This document shows, piece by piece, positions 43,001 through 52,806 of a stretch of 64,000 nt of DNA; position 1 is the stretch's first letter, and every line of letters starts with the position of its first letter. The translations under genes and the position numbers were made by a program. Source of the stretch: Antedon mediterranea (lineage: Eukaryota > Animalia > Echinodermata); contig NC_092671.1 of NCBI RefSeq assembly GCF_964355755.1, positions 24,068,070-24,132,069 on the forward strand, written 5' to 3'. Below the pieces are notes generated by a model. The model searched no databases. It saw only the letters and a program-made list of their open reading frames with translations, and was not told the DNA's origin.

Positions 43001-46000
43001 TATTATACTTGCCCATATATATTAAGGCAGAACCGCATTGGTTAAGTTTATTGTTAATTATGTCAATGCTGTCTCTAGTAAAAGTTGTACCAAATTTGAA
43101 TAACATTGAATGCCATTGTTATGTTTTTCAACAGTCTGTGTGCCAATAAAATTTCAGTTTAAATTGTTGCAGCAATTACTTACAGTTAATTTATTCTTAC
43201 CTTGCAATTGGCTGTTGAAGTTCTTGTGGGGATACAAAAAACTTAACCTGCAGACTAAATCGATGAGGTGATTTTCCTTTAACTTGTAAGCGAAGTGGGT
43301 TTCTTAGGTTAAGCCACAGAAGCTCAGATTTCTTACCACGAAATCTGAGGCCAAAGTAATCTTTTTCCATAATACCAAGGTCATCACAAACCTGTATAAA
43401 AAAAGGAAAAGTTAAAGATGTATTGTCCCTTGAAACACAAAAAAATGAAGGTCAAAATATTCTAAATTTAAAGTGGCCATATCAAAGTAATATTAAAGTT
43501 TTTCACTTTAAGTCGAAAATTCGAGCCAAAAACAACAAGTTTACGTAATTAACAGGTAAATTAGTTTGATTACATTTCATCTGGAAAATCGTCACGAGCG
43601 AAAGTAAACAAAGATTTCAAACCATGAGTACGCATTATGCATATGCTAAATTAGGATTGTTTACAACTCGTCACGGTTAAGAAGGTATTTTCACACAGAC
43701 CATGAGGAAGTTTTATGATTATGCATACAGAGTAGCCAAACAAGCGCGTTTCATTATGGGATATGTTTTGATTGAAAACTTTGACTGGAAGTCAAAGTTA
43801 TTTTTGTAACAAAAAAACGTATGTATTTCAGTTAATTTTTTTTTTTCCCGAAAAATTTTTGGTGATAGTTAATAACTATTATGATACTTCAAAATGACCC
43901 ACCTTTTTTCAAAATCTTTTATTTTTTATTTTTTTGGAATTAGTCAAAGGGACAATACATCTTTAAGTAATACTGCAGTCTATATCGTGCCTAGCTTACC
44001 TGGATAAACCAACATAAGACGAGGGGACTGGGCAGCCACAATAGACTTGAACGACGCCTACTTTCACATACCTATTGCGCAACAATATCAGAGTTGGGTG
44101 CGCTTTCGAATTCACGATCAGGTATACCAATTCGTAGTTTTGCCGTTCGCCCTCTCAACGGCCTCACGAGTGTTTACTTGTCTAGTAAGAACCCTGGCGC
44201 CGTTCTTTCACCAACACGGCACCAGAATTTTCAAGTACATAGAATATTGGTTGATCGTGGTTACGGGTCGTGCATGCCCATCAATCGAGCGAGTGGCCAA
44301 GGCAAGAACTGCAGTGCTACATCTTATCAATGCTCAGGCTCTGATGGCGCACATTAGGGTCACTGGCCAGCTTCGTCGCCCTCGTTTCGTTCTGCCGGTT
44401 AAGGATGCGGCCGCAACATCTCCACCTTCTGGCTTCGTTCCGCGTACTGGCCTCTGCTAACCCGAGGAGATGAGCGACCACATCAACCTGCTCGAACTTT
44501 GGGCAGTCAAGCGCTCGTTAGAGGCTCTTCTTCCCTACATCCAACTATCAGCGGCCCTCATTGCGGGTTGTCTGAATATAGTGGAGGACGCAATGTCCCA
44601 CCCACTCTATGTTCGATGGAATGACGTCTCCTTCCAATAATCGCCATGGTTTCCACTGCTGCTAAGCCTTCTATACGATCAGCCTTTATGTCTTCCGAAG
44701 CGAAAGGGCCGCGCTTGGGCTGCTCTACCAAACTTATATCCCTCGACCTTACTGTATGGCCATTATCAGGGATCGCTTAGAAACTCGGGCATTCCAGATG
44801 GCCCGGCTGCCCTTGAGGCGAAATCCCGACGGGAATCCAAGCTCACTGCCTACAATAGCCGAATAAAACATTTTTTCAACTGGTGCAAGCCCCAAAAGAT
44901 CGACCCTATGAAAGTGACTTTGGGTCAGGTCTGCGCCTTCCTGCATTAACTGTTTGAGGCAGGTCTGCACCATATCCGGCCATTGGTCTGCCTTGGGAGC
45001 AGTAATTCTGACTTTTAAAGACGGATCGAGCATCTGTTCATCCCCTGCGATTTCAAGTTTGCTTCGCGGTATGTTCCGAGAACGGCCTCCTACTAAGGCC
45101 TTGATTCCACGTTGGGACGTCAATGTCGTTCTAGCCGCTCTTATGCGCCCACCCTTCGAGCTCCTGAGTAGGGCATCGCTTTACAACCTGTCTCTCAAAA
45201 CTGCTTTTTTACTTGCACTAGCCTCGTGCAAATGCAGGGGTGAACTACACGTGCTCTGTCTGGAGCCAAGGCACAACAGGTTTGAACGGGGTGGCCCTCG
45301 GCTTGTGTTTAGGAAAGATTTCCTTGCAAAATCTCAGACATTGACTTCTCGCCGCCGACTGTGTTTATTCCCACCATTGCTGCATATTCAGGGATTGAGG
45401 AAGACAGACTTTGGGGCCCAGTGCGGGCACTAAAATTCTATATCAAACGCACAGTCCGTACGTGTCTCAGCGTCACATCTGTTCATTTTAACAGTTTCAC
45501 CTTTCCGACCTGCTGCTTGGTCGACCCTTGCAAACTGGGTTGTGGCAGCCATCCGGGCTGGCTACGCCTCCTCCGGCACATATGCACCAAGTGCATGGCA
45601 TAGCCGCTTCATGGGCGTTGTTTGCTGGGGTGCCTCTCCGTGACATCCTGCAAGCGGCATGATGGCGATCGCAGTCCACTTTCATATCCCATTACCTGTC
45701 GGACACTTCGGCAAACCAGACTTGGTGGCAATCTTGAAGCCGATACACTAGGTACGTATAAGAACTTTTACCTTGCCTCCCGCCTCCGACTAGACGATAT
45801 AGACTACACAAATCAACAGTGGTGTTGGTAGTCTATAAGTGCTATTACCTGAATAAACGCCCTCCCTACCGTCCCCTCAGGCAAGTGGTCTTGAGAAATA
45901 ATGACGATGATAAGTGGGTGTGTCTCACTTGAGGGCGTCCTGGTGGCGGACTGATCCATTATCCGACGGGGGTGAGAAAAAATTTATGTTATTAATGTTC

Positions 46001-49000
46001 TTTTTTTCGTAATGTTTACCTAAACACTAGCCGAGCGCCACCCTGTTCAAACCTGATGTGCCCTGGCTCCAGAGAGAGCGCATGCGTTTGCACGAGGCTA
46101 GTGCAAGTAAAAAGGCAGTTTTGAGAGACAGGTTGTACTGTAAAGCGATGCCCTACTCAGGTGCTCGAAGGGTGGGCGCATACTGTAAGAGCGGGGAATC
46201 CAGGTAAGCGGCACTCATAGACTACCAACACAACTGTTGGTTTGTGTAATGTAATAATTGAAGACAATTTTTAAGGTTTTGCCATCAAAGAAACAAAATA
46301 AACAAGAATATTTCTTACAAAAAACGCTGCTCGCTTTAATTGTTATTGCTAAGGTCAAGTCTGGGGGTCACTTCATCACGCCTAGATACTTCAAGTATCC
46401 TATTACAAACAAAAACTTCAATGGACTGTTTTGATAATAATTCAATGATTATCTGACAGTGAATTATAGTAATATCATGGGACTCATAAATACCAGAAAT
46501 GCTTTGGGATTTGTCATTAGACTCTTTTCCCAGCCGTTTTTTGGATTCAACAGGTGGTACCTATAAATTATAGTCGAGTTTCCATTTTAACAATTGTTTG
46601 TTTGTTTGTTTGTTTGTTTTATCTTTATACTGGGTGGCCTCTTCAGTCAAGACTGATCTCCCAGAGGGCCCAGTTGGTGATCAGTGGCTGTGATGTACTA
46701 ATACACCGGGGTAACCCCCTACTCGTCTCGAAAGATGTACTAGGTTCTTTAAAGTGCACACGAGCAAGTTGTGTACATTGGACCTACGGTTTATAGTCCT
46801 TATCCGAGAAGACTCGTTCTACCACCAGAACCATGGAGTGAGTGAGCCTCGAACCCCTGCCGATGTTATGGCTACGTGATTACGGTTCCACTGTCTCAAC
46901 CGCTCGGCGACTCACTCACGACAAAAATGTCAAAGTGTAGTACTATACTGCTGCTTGATTTCATCTAATGAATGAGTCATCTCGTGTGACGTAGCGGGCT
47001 AGAGCAGCAGCGTGATAAAATGACATAATTCTTAGCACTGCAATGTAATCTGTGTGCAGCATTTTACTGTAGAAGAAATACTTTAATGAAATTAATTATT
47101 AATATCAAGCTGTTTAGTTATAAACGAGTATACTATAGCAAGCCTCGAATTTGGAGATTTTAGGGGCAAGGCCAGTTGGCCCCCGGTTTTTCGTTAATTG
47201 AGGGGCAGCAAGGCCAACTTGGAAGGTACAAAGGCCATTATTTTTAAAAAAAAGACAAATCCCAGGCCTACTTATAATAGTGTAGAAATTATGGAAAAAT
47301 AAAATGCAACTTATCACTACAAACGCGATTCCTTGTAACTTGAGGATTTCCCTGCTCCCATCGCAGCTGTGGAAACGCACAATACTGGTTGAGAGTGAAA
47401 TACATGTGATACACTTTAGGCTATTTTCAAAGATCGAACAGGAATCGAGGGTACTTCTGTTTTGTAAACAACAATGTTATAACGGCCGACAAAGTCAAGC
47501 GCGATTTTGGGGATTCTCCTAAGCCCATCCATACGGCAGCAGAGCCCGTAAAAAACACATTTTTAATAACCACTATTTTGTGATTACGCACTAAAAACGA
47601 GCAGATAATAATAGATTCCCAAGACAGGGCTGTGAAACGTAAAAAAAAAAAGGAAGCGCAAAAAATACATTAAGTTAACCCCGAAAATAGGCTGCTGTGA
47701 AAACGGGCGATACTGTACTGTGTAGTCCAGAGCGAAATACCTGGCTCTATTACATACAGTAGTACGTCTTCAAGCTCAAGCGGGAGTCGAGCAATATTTT
47801 CTATTTGTAAACAATGTTGTGTAAAAACAGCTGATGTTGAAGTCAAGTGCCAAAACATGTGGTTTCTTTTTGCCCGTGGTTTTTATTGTGGTGAAAATTC
47901 AAGGGCACTACGGCCAGTAGTGGCCGTGGTTGTTGTTCATTTTGAGAGGGCACCAATGGCACTGACCGCAGTAAAATTCGAGGTCTGGTATAATAATAAT
48001 AAGGAAATCTTATAATTATACTGTGTTGGTTTCCATCACAAAATAGATGCTCATGGCGCATTGACACAACAAAGAATGAATGATGTAGTACTGTAATCGC
48101 TACACGAAATGTCATAAAGATGCACTGGGCATTTCATAGAAATCAACGGCGACTCTAATTTTGGTTGCGACAAAATCAACATCTGGTATTTTGTATCGAG
48201 CGCCAGTAAAGTAGATACGTTTTATTTTGGTTGTGCTAATTTGTATGTGGCGCACTAGATACATTTTCGCCGTTTACTTTCTAGATGTTTTAAATTAAAA
48301 CACTAGTTATGATTTCAGTTAATTTTTGGATCACTTCGTCCTAACATAGAAATTCTAATAATGCAATTTAGAATTTTTTAAACATTTAAAGACCCATTCC
48401 CTACAATTTGTGACGTTTTGTAAAAATAATGCATATTACTTTAAAAATGTTTATTAAACCAGGTCATTCCAGGTCTTAAATGTAAGTTTTGTTGTAAATT
48501 AAGAAAAAAAGAAGAGAAAAATGCACTACTACAATGAGCTACAGTACCAGTAGCTCGCGGTGAATGTCTTCTCGTTGACTGTCTTTAGGCCTAGCCTAGC
48601 TAGGCTTAATTTGTAGGCCTAGCTGGTAAACATTGGTATTGACGAGCATCGAAAGCTAGACTAGTCTGACGTTGTATACAGTTGCTGCATTATTTATCTT
48701 TCCGATTTTGCCAGACTCCGTTGATACAAATTAGGGGAAATCCAGTATTTTCGCTGAAAATATAGGAGTCTTCTTTTTGTTTTGGCCTCACAATTGCCCG
48801 AAAGTGAGTGAATTACAGAAGATAACAAAAATATCAATCCGCGTGCAATGCCTGTTGAGATTTATATTGTACCCGGAATAGGACTTTAAACCAATATTTT
48901 AGTACAGTAAATGTTCATCTTTTATTATACAATTTGTGTTTTCATTTTATCTTACAGGTTAATGTGTGCTTTTTTGAAAAAATCGTTTTTAAAAATGTTT

Positions 49001-51338
49001 CTTGTTTGAGTCTTGTGCAAGTTTTTGAAAAGTGTTTTAAAGTTTTGAAAATGTTGAACTAATTAGTTAAACTAGTAGACGCGCCTAGTGCATATTTTTT
49101 AACCACAACCAAATAATTAACCACAAACTCTTTTTATGCCTGCAGGTGGATACGTTTATAAAATTTAAGGATAAAAATGGCTGGCTTTACGGGCGTAATC
49201 ACGTTTTTATTGTACATGACAATTATTGTTTTTTAAAATAAATTTTTTTCTTGAATAATTTGTTGCATATAAAAAATAATCTATATAAAAATATACGCCA
49301 TGGCTAAAGAAACGGTACCGTATCCTAACTTCCGTTTACTGAGCCAATGGGGTGCTGGTACGTGTGTGACGTCATCGTATAAGGACTTGGATTTTTTTTC
49401 ACATCGCGTCTGTAGAGAATGCCTATCGGCGGCTCCAGGCTGCATGGATGTGTGCGCTGATGATTCGTAACTCAGCCTCGGGGCTAGACCTAGCAATGTT
49501 GAATTCAGAAGTTTAATAACGGGCGACAACGTCGATGCTGTAGTAATAGAGCAAGTTCGTGTGGTTGGTGGACGTTACATAAAGTGTTTAAAACATGCAC
49601 ACAATCTCAAATATTATTTCATTATAAAACATTATAATACAGAACAATAAAGTAGAAATATGTTGATAGCCAAATTAGAAGTAAAGGAATTATAATTCAA
49701 TGTTGGAAATTGTGTTGCATCTAGTTCATTCGTCCATAGTTACTATGAGGGTTTTATTTTTATTCCAAATGGCCTATTTAGGTCTATATTTTTTAATAAA
49801 TTTTGTTTACAGATGGTGACCATAAACAAAAAGCAAATGCGGACAATAAAAAAGGGGCCCTCAAATACCATGATTTAGACAATTGGCCTAGCTCCAGGTC
49901 TGAGTCACAGAAATCAGCGCACACATGCAGCTGGCCCCAGCCTGGCAAACAAACTCATATACTGAGGCTATAGGTTATAGCATGGTTATACTGTAGTACG
50001 TAGTAGGCCTCTTTTGAAACGGTAAATTTCTGTATTCTAGAATTAAAATCAACATGTTTTGGCCTATCAATAACAACAGACGTAGGCCTAGGCTACATTT
50101 AGTTCTTGTCACACGACGGGGATAACAGCGATAAATGAAGCATAAAGAAAATGTTAAGCTGGCGGTTGATCACGGTTTTCGCGATATGAAAAAAAATCCA
50201 AAGTCCTTATACGATGACGTCACACATGTACCAGCACCCCATTGGGTGATTATGACGTAATGCAATTTTACCGTACCTTTTTTAGCAAACGAAAGTTAGC
50301 AAACGAAAGTTAGGATACGTTACCGTATCTTTAGCCACAGCGAAAAATATACGCCGTGGTTAGGATTCCGGCACCGGAACTCAACTGCCCACCGTTAGGG
50401 AATTCGACACGCTATTGTGCATGCCCAGAGCTCTGGGAAGTGAATTATAGCTTATAGTGCCACACACCACAGCACCGAGAGTCAGAGTGTTATCGAGATT
50501 TACTGTAGCCTAGTTAGTCGTTGCGCGAGCGATGGATGAAACTTGGCCTAGGCCATACATGAATTAATAATTAAAATACGACTACGCCACGCGTTAAAAT
50601 AATTATTATGATATTAATAAGAATCAGTATCTATCTAAGAATCGTAATGCTGTAATTAGCGTTGTGACCCCGACTTCCCGAACAGTTTTTTCACATCCAC
50701 GCGGTGGCTGCCGTCGACAAATCAACTTGTGATTGCATGTTATGTACAGTATAATGCGTTATATGAAATCTTTTATTTTGTACTTAAAAAATCATAAAAC
50801 TAGTCATGTAATTATATAATTCATAATTATATGAAGTTTATAAATATGAATGAAGCGACCACTTTTTAATTACAAAATAAATAGGCCCACTGGTCACGTC
50901 TAACTGGTAGGCCTAACCTAGTATTTACTATTAGTGGATCCCGTATTAGTAGGCATCTAGGCTAGGCTATAGTTCTTCGCTGTGGCGCAGCTATGAAATG
51001 ACCCATCGCTGTTGATAAGTATAGAGTCGCCAATTACCTCGCTCTGGGCATGCGCAATAGCTTGTCAGATTCCCTAACGCTGGGCAGTTGAGTTCCGGTG
51101 CCGGAATCCTAACCACGGCGAAAAATATATTGCATTACATAAATTATATGCCAATGATAATTTAATTAACGATATTTAGACATGGCCATTTTAGACACAA
51201 AAAATGATTGAAAACTCTCGTCTAGCATAGAGGCTTTAGTGTACTTACCTTTTCAAACAAGTATTGCCCGGGTGCATTTTTTGGTATACGGTACTCCCTT
51301 ATTACAGCCGGGGATTCGCTAACAAAGCACCACATCAT
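15764..51338 (-). CDS. MYLIP: E3 ubiquitin ligase MYLIP/IDOL (FERM + RING); join(51338-51249, 43391-43201, 41838-41677, 30197-29979, 20983-20800, 16999-16811, 16409-16209, 16021-15764), 497 aa
   Basis: Exons of 90+191+162+219+184+189+201+258=1494 nt splice in frame at GT-AG. N-terminus [30 protein letters not shown]|[32 protein letters not shown]...VKFFVSP is a FERM F1 lobe. C-terminus CQVCLD...[23 protein letters not shown] is an IAP-like C3HC4 RING. FERM+RING architecture is diagnostic of MYLIP/dnr1. Confidence 0.93.
16209..16409 (-). CDS. MYLIP: MYLIP coding exon 7 (Ser-rich linker)
   Basis: cctag|ATT TCA GGA...TCT AAG|gtttgt; 67 open codons, phase 0-0; no conserved motif, so called from splice signals and frame only. 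Confidence 0.72.
16811..16999 (-). CDS. MYLIP: MYLIP coding exon 6
   Basis: ttctag|TGC GAA ACA GTT...CCA CAG|gtttgc; [11 protein letters not shown]...[20 protein letters not shown]. Confidence 0.9.
17230..18550 (+). mobile_element. HINE family B fragment, interrupted by a piggyBac-like MITE
   Basis: Collinear with 25780-26780. Confidence 0.7.
17664..18139. mobile_element. piggyBac-like MITE
   Basis: ttaa-ccccttcactg ... cagtgaaagag-ttaa; empty site cacatttaatagagcgc seen in the paralog at about 26361. Confidence 0.8.
18706..19936 (-). mobile_element. Non-autonomous Helitron (family A)
   Basis: 5' TCTATATATAAATTTACG at 19936; 3' hairpin ctagatggtacgcgagcgaagcgagcgtaccatttag at 18706; homologous to 31593-35447. 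Confidence 0.8.
20800..20983 (-). CDS. MYLIP: MYLIP coding exon 5 (FERM-C)
   Basis: cttttcag|T ATA AAA...TTC AGA|gtgagt; [17 protein letters not shown]. Confidence 0.92.
22269..23076. repeat. Tandem array, 67-bp unit x12
   Basis: Unit cacaatgacgtaatttgtagcacaacaccgtatttcatttattgattgatctttacaatgtaaacgt, nearly identical copies. Confidence 0.95.
24215..25435 (-). pseudogene. Decayed FLYWCH + MULE (Mutator) transposase
   Basis: [16 protein letters not shown]...LHSHE (FLYWCH), NNPTQPLRQ|[10 protein letters not shown]...[34 protein letters not shown]; stops and frameshifts. Confidence 0.75.
24505..25152. repeat. Minisatellite, mostly 51-56-bp unit, about 12 copies
   Basis: gaacattgtatgaactgaacataagttaaattaaatacgctaactaattggattaa repeated. 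Confidence 0.9.
25595..27340 (+). mobile_element. Helentron-like HINE family B (full-length)
   Basis: 5' subTIR with short IR ttatccgcattcagcggataa; 3' gcggataa plus stem-loop actcgtca-aag-tgacgagt plus ctagttt; T-rich flanks. Confidence 0.75.
26921..27165 (-). mobile_element. L2-clade LINE 3' end
   Basis: [18 protein letters not shown]...[14 protein letters not shown], agcgccatgag...ggcgctatataag stem-loop, (TTA)n tail. Confidence 0.8.
28640..29060 (-). mobile_element. CR1/L2-like LINE 3' fragment
   Basis: CGSTVWS...[16 protein letters not shown]...MFTSLGW; VPEYL. Confidence 0.7.
29979..30197 (-). CDS. MYLIP: MYLIP coding exon 4
   Basis: ctttacag|T GAA...CAC AA|gtaag; [20 protein letters not shown]...[12 protein letters not shown]. 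Confidence 0.93.
31593..35447 (-). mobile_element. Helitron family A, outer copy
   Basis: 5' TC at 35447, 3' hairpin plus CTAG at 31593; removal restores aattta^tatcatg (compare 25873 aatttatatcttg); A^T target, no TSD. Confidence 0.85.
32222..34771 (+). mobile_element. Helitron family A, inner copy in opposite orientation
   Basis: a^TCTATATATAAATTTACG ... ctagatggtacgcgagcgaagcgagcgtgccatCTAG^t. Confidence 0.85.
36641..37465 (+). mobile_element. Truncated hAT transposase (TTF zinc finger, PRKRIR/ZMYM1-like)
   Basis: [15 protein letters not shown] (frameshift)...[31 protein letters not shown]...FRNWKDA...H; no DDE domain; TIR-like gcacgacggccact at about 37451-37465. Confidence 0.75.
38795..39945 (+). 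mobile_element. CR1/Jockey-group LINE RT fragment, decayed
   Basis: [47 protein letters not shown]; multiple frameshifts. Confidence 0.88.
41677..41838 (-). CDS. MYLIP: MYLIP coding exon 3 (FERM-M)
   Basis: tttttatag|G CAT ATC TAC...TTA AT|gtaag; [16 protein letters not shown]...[10 protein letters not shown]. Confidence 0.92.
42466..42965 (-). mobile_element. Dispersed TE fragment; inverted relative to copies at about 46290-47012 and 52000-52701
   Basis: gctgctgctctagcc terminus and ttttttgtaagaaatatttcttgtt segment found reverse-complemented in the other copies. Confidence 0.6.
43201..43391 (-). CDS. MYLIP: MYLIP coding exon 2 (FERM-N)
   Basis: tacag|GTT TGT...GCA AG|gtaag; [12 protein letters not shown] and VKFFV FERM motifs. 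Confidence 0.95.
43412..43966. mobile_element. Kolobok-like MITE (young copy)
   Basis: TTAA TSD and TIRs; near-identical to 6573-7124. Confidence 0.85.
43975..46252 (+). mobile_element. Internally deleted DIRS1-like tyrosine-recombinase retrotransposon
   Basis: [13 protein letters not shown]...[18 protein letters not shown]; RNase [11 protein letters not shown]; [11 protein letters not shown]...[12 protein letters not shown]; inverted termini plus ICR-like copy at 45803-45856. Confidence 0.88.
46595..46920 (-). mobile_element. tRNA-derived SINE with Deu/Nin-like central domain
   Basis: A/B-box-like head (gccgagcgg, ggttcgagg), GGATAAGGACTATAAACCGTAGGTCC..TAAAGAACC..GTAGGGGTTACCCCGGTGT, (AAAC)n tail. 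Confidence 0.75.
47138..47987. mobile_element. hAT-like non-autonomous element
   Basis: caagcctcgaattt ... aaattcgaggtctg with aaggcca subterminal repeats; related end at 41537-41552; no clear TSD. Confidence 0.5.
48386..48889. mobile_element. Possible Kolobok-like MITE
   Basis: ttaa-agacccattcc ... ggaataggact-ttaa (degenerate TIR). Confidence 0.4.
49296..50342. mobile_element. MULE-like non-autonomous element 1 (9-bp TSD AAAAATATA)
   Basis: About 110-bp inverted ends cgccatggctaaaga...gacgtcatcgtataaggact; TSD at 49287-49295 and 50343-50351. Confidence 0.8.
50352..51120. mobile_element. MULE-like non-autonomous element 2 (same 9-bp TSD)
   Basis: TIR cgccgtggttaggattccggcaccggaactcaactgccca perfectly inverted at 51081-51120; TSD at 50343-50351 and 51121-51129. 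Confidence 0.85.
51249..51338 (-). CDS. MYLIP: MYLIP coding exon 1
   Basis: ATG ATG TGG TGC...GAA AAG|gtaag; [30 protein letters not shown] resembles the vertebrate MYLIP N-terminus; phase 0. Confidence 0.88.
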
Positions 51339-51659
51339 TCGACCTAGGCCTAGAGACAAACGTCCACTAGGCTAAAAAGTATGTCAGCAGACTTCCCTCT
51401 CCCACTACCACCTACCTAGCTAGGGCCTAGGCCTAGAGGTGGCGCGGTTAGGTAGGCCTAGCCTAGCTAGGAGGCTACTTTTACTGTCTTTTTAGGTCCT
51501 AGGCTAGGCCTAGGAATAGCTTATATTATTAGAAATGAAGTTTACTGTTTAGCCTAAGTGTTGGTCGATAGTGTCATTATCAACCTAGTAGTGGTTTTAG
51601 CAGTTGTTTAAGCAAATAAAACAACAAACTAGACTGTTTCAAATCAACCAAAAATCATC

Positions 51660-51865
51660 AATCACAACAAGGTTTACGATCGCGATTCGATGATAAAAAC
51701 AGCTGACACACGTCACACGGACGAGACGGACGCGACGACGCGTCGCGAAAACGAAAAAGACGACTAAAAAAAGGACAAAACAACAATAGAGGGCGATAAA
51801 TATGATCATGATTTACATTTTTATATATGTGTAATTCTTTGGTTGAATGTGTTGAAGAAGTAAGT
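51660..51865. promoter_or_regulatory. Candidate CpG-rich bidirectional promoter of MYLIP (-) and IMMP1L (+)
   Basis: CpG cluster (cacgtcacacggacgagacggacgcgacgacgcgtcgcg) about 400 nt upstream of the MYLIP ATG; plus-strand donor GAA|gtaagt at 51860. Confidence 0.45.
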
Positions 51866-52806
51866 ATCTCACTGAAATTTCATCTCAAATCACTACCAAA
51901 ACCCGATATAGGGCCTAGAGTAGCCCAGACTGGGCATAGAGATGGGCCACACCAGTAGACCAGTAGAGGATGGGGTGGTAAATCGCAGTGCGCCATAAAT
52001 AAACAAGAAATATTTCTTACAAAAAACGCTGCTCGCTTATTGAAAAATATTTTTTATTTAAAATGTTTTTTAAATTTTAATGTGTCATTTTATTGTCACA
52101 TATAGGCCATGGAGAAATATTATTTCTCCATGCATAGGCCTAATAGTTATTTTACCTGAAAAAATGTAATAAAGCAACAAATTAATACTTAAATTGTCTG
52201 TCAGACAATGGTTTTTGGGTTTCTTTTCTCTTTTTATATGTGAATAAATATTATTTTGTTGTTACAGTGAATACAGTGAAGTGAATACTCAATTTCTGTC
52301 ACTTTAGTTAATTGTATTGCTAAGGTCAAAAATATGGGGGTCACTTCATCACCCTAGATATTTCAAGTGTGAAGTATCCTATTACAAACACAAACTTTAA
52401 TGGACTGTTTCGATAATAATTCAATGAATATCTGACAGTGAAAATTACAGTCAAAAGTCAGTATTACAGTCAAATGGGACTCATAAATACCAGAAATGCT
52501 TTGGGATTTGTAATTTTAGCATGACACTGTCCTAATAGACTCTTTTCCCAGACGTTTTTGGGTCTAGCAGCTGGAAATCTATAAATTATAGTGGAGTTTC
52601 CATTTTCGCAAAACTGTCGTCCTTAGAACTATAACTGCTGCTTGCTTTAGCTTCTGATTGAGTAGTCCTAATGAGACGTAGCAGGCTAGAGCAGCAGCGT
52701 GATAATAATCAGTACAGGTAAGTAAGCCAATGGGTACGACGAGCAAAGAATATTATCACAAGGAATGAGTAATCCGCGATTTTTGCATTACAAAATTTGT
52801 AACAGA

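Noticed and set aside
44954-45433. Phage-integrase-like ORF as horizontal transfer or contamination
   Set aside because: It is the tyrosine recombinase of the DIRS element, collinear with RT/RNase H and frameshifted.
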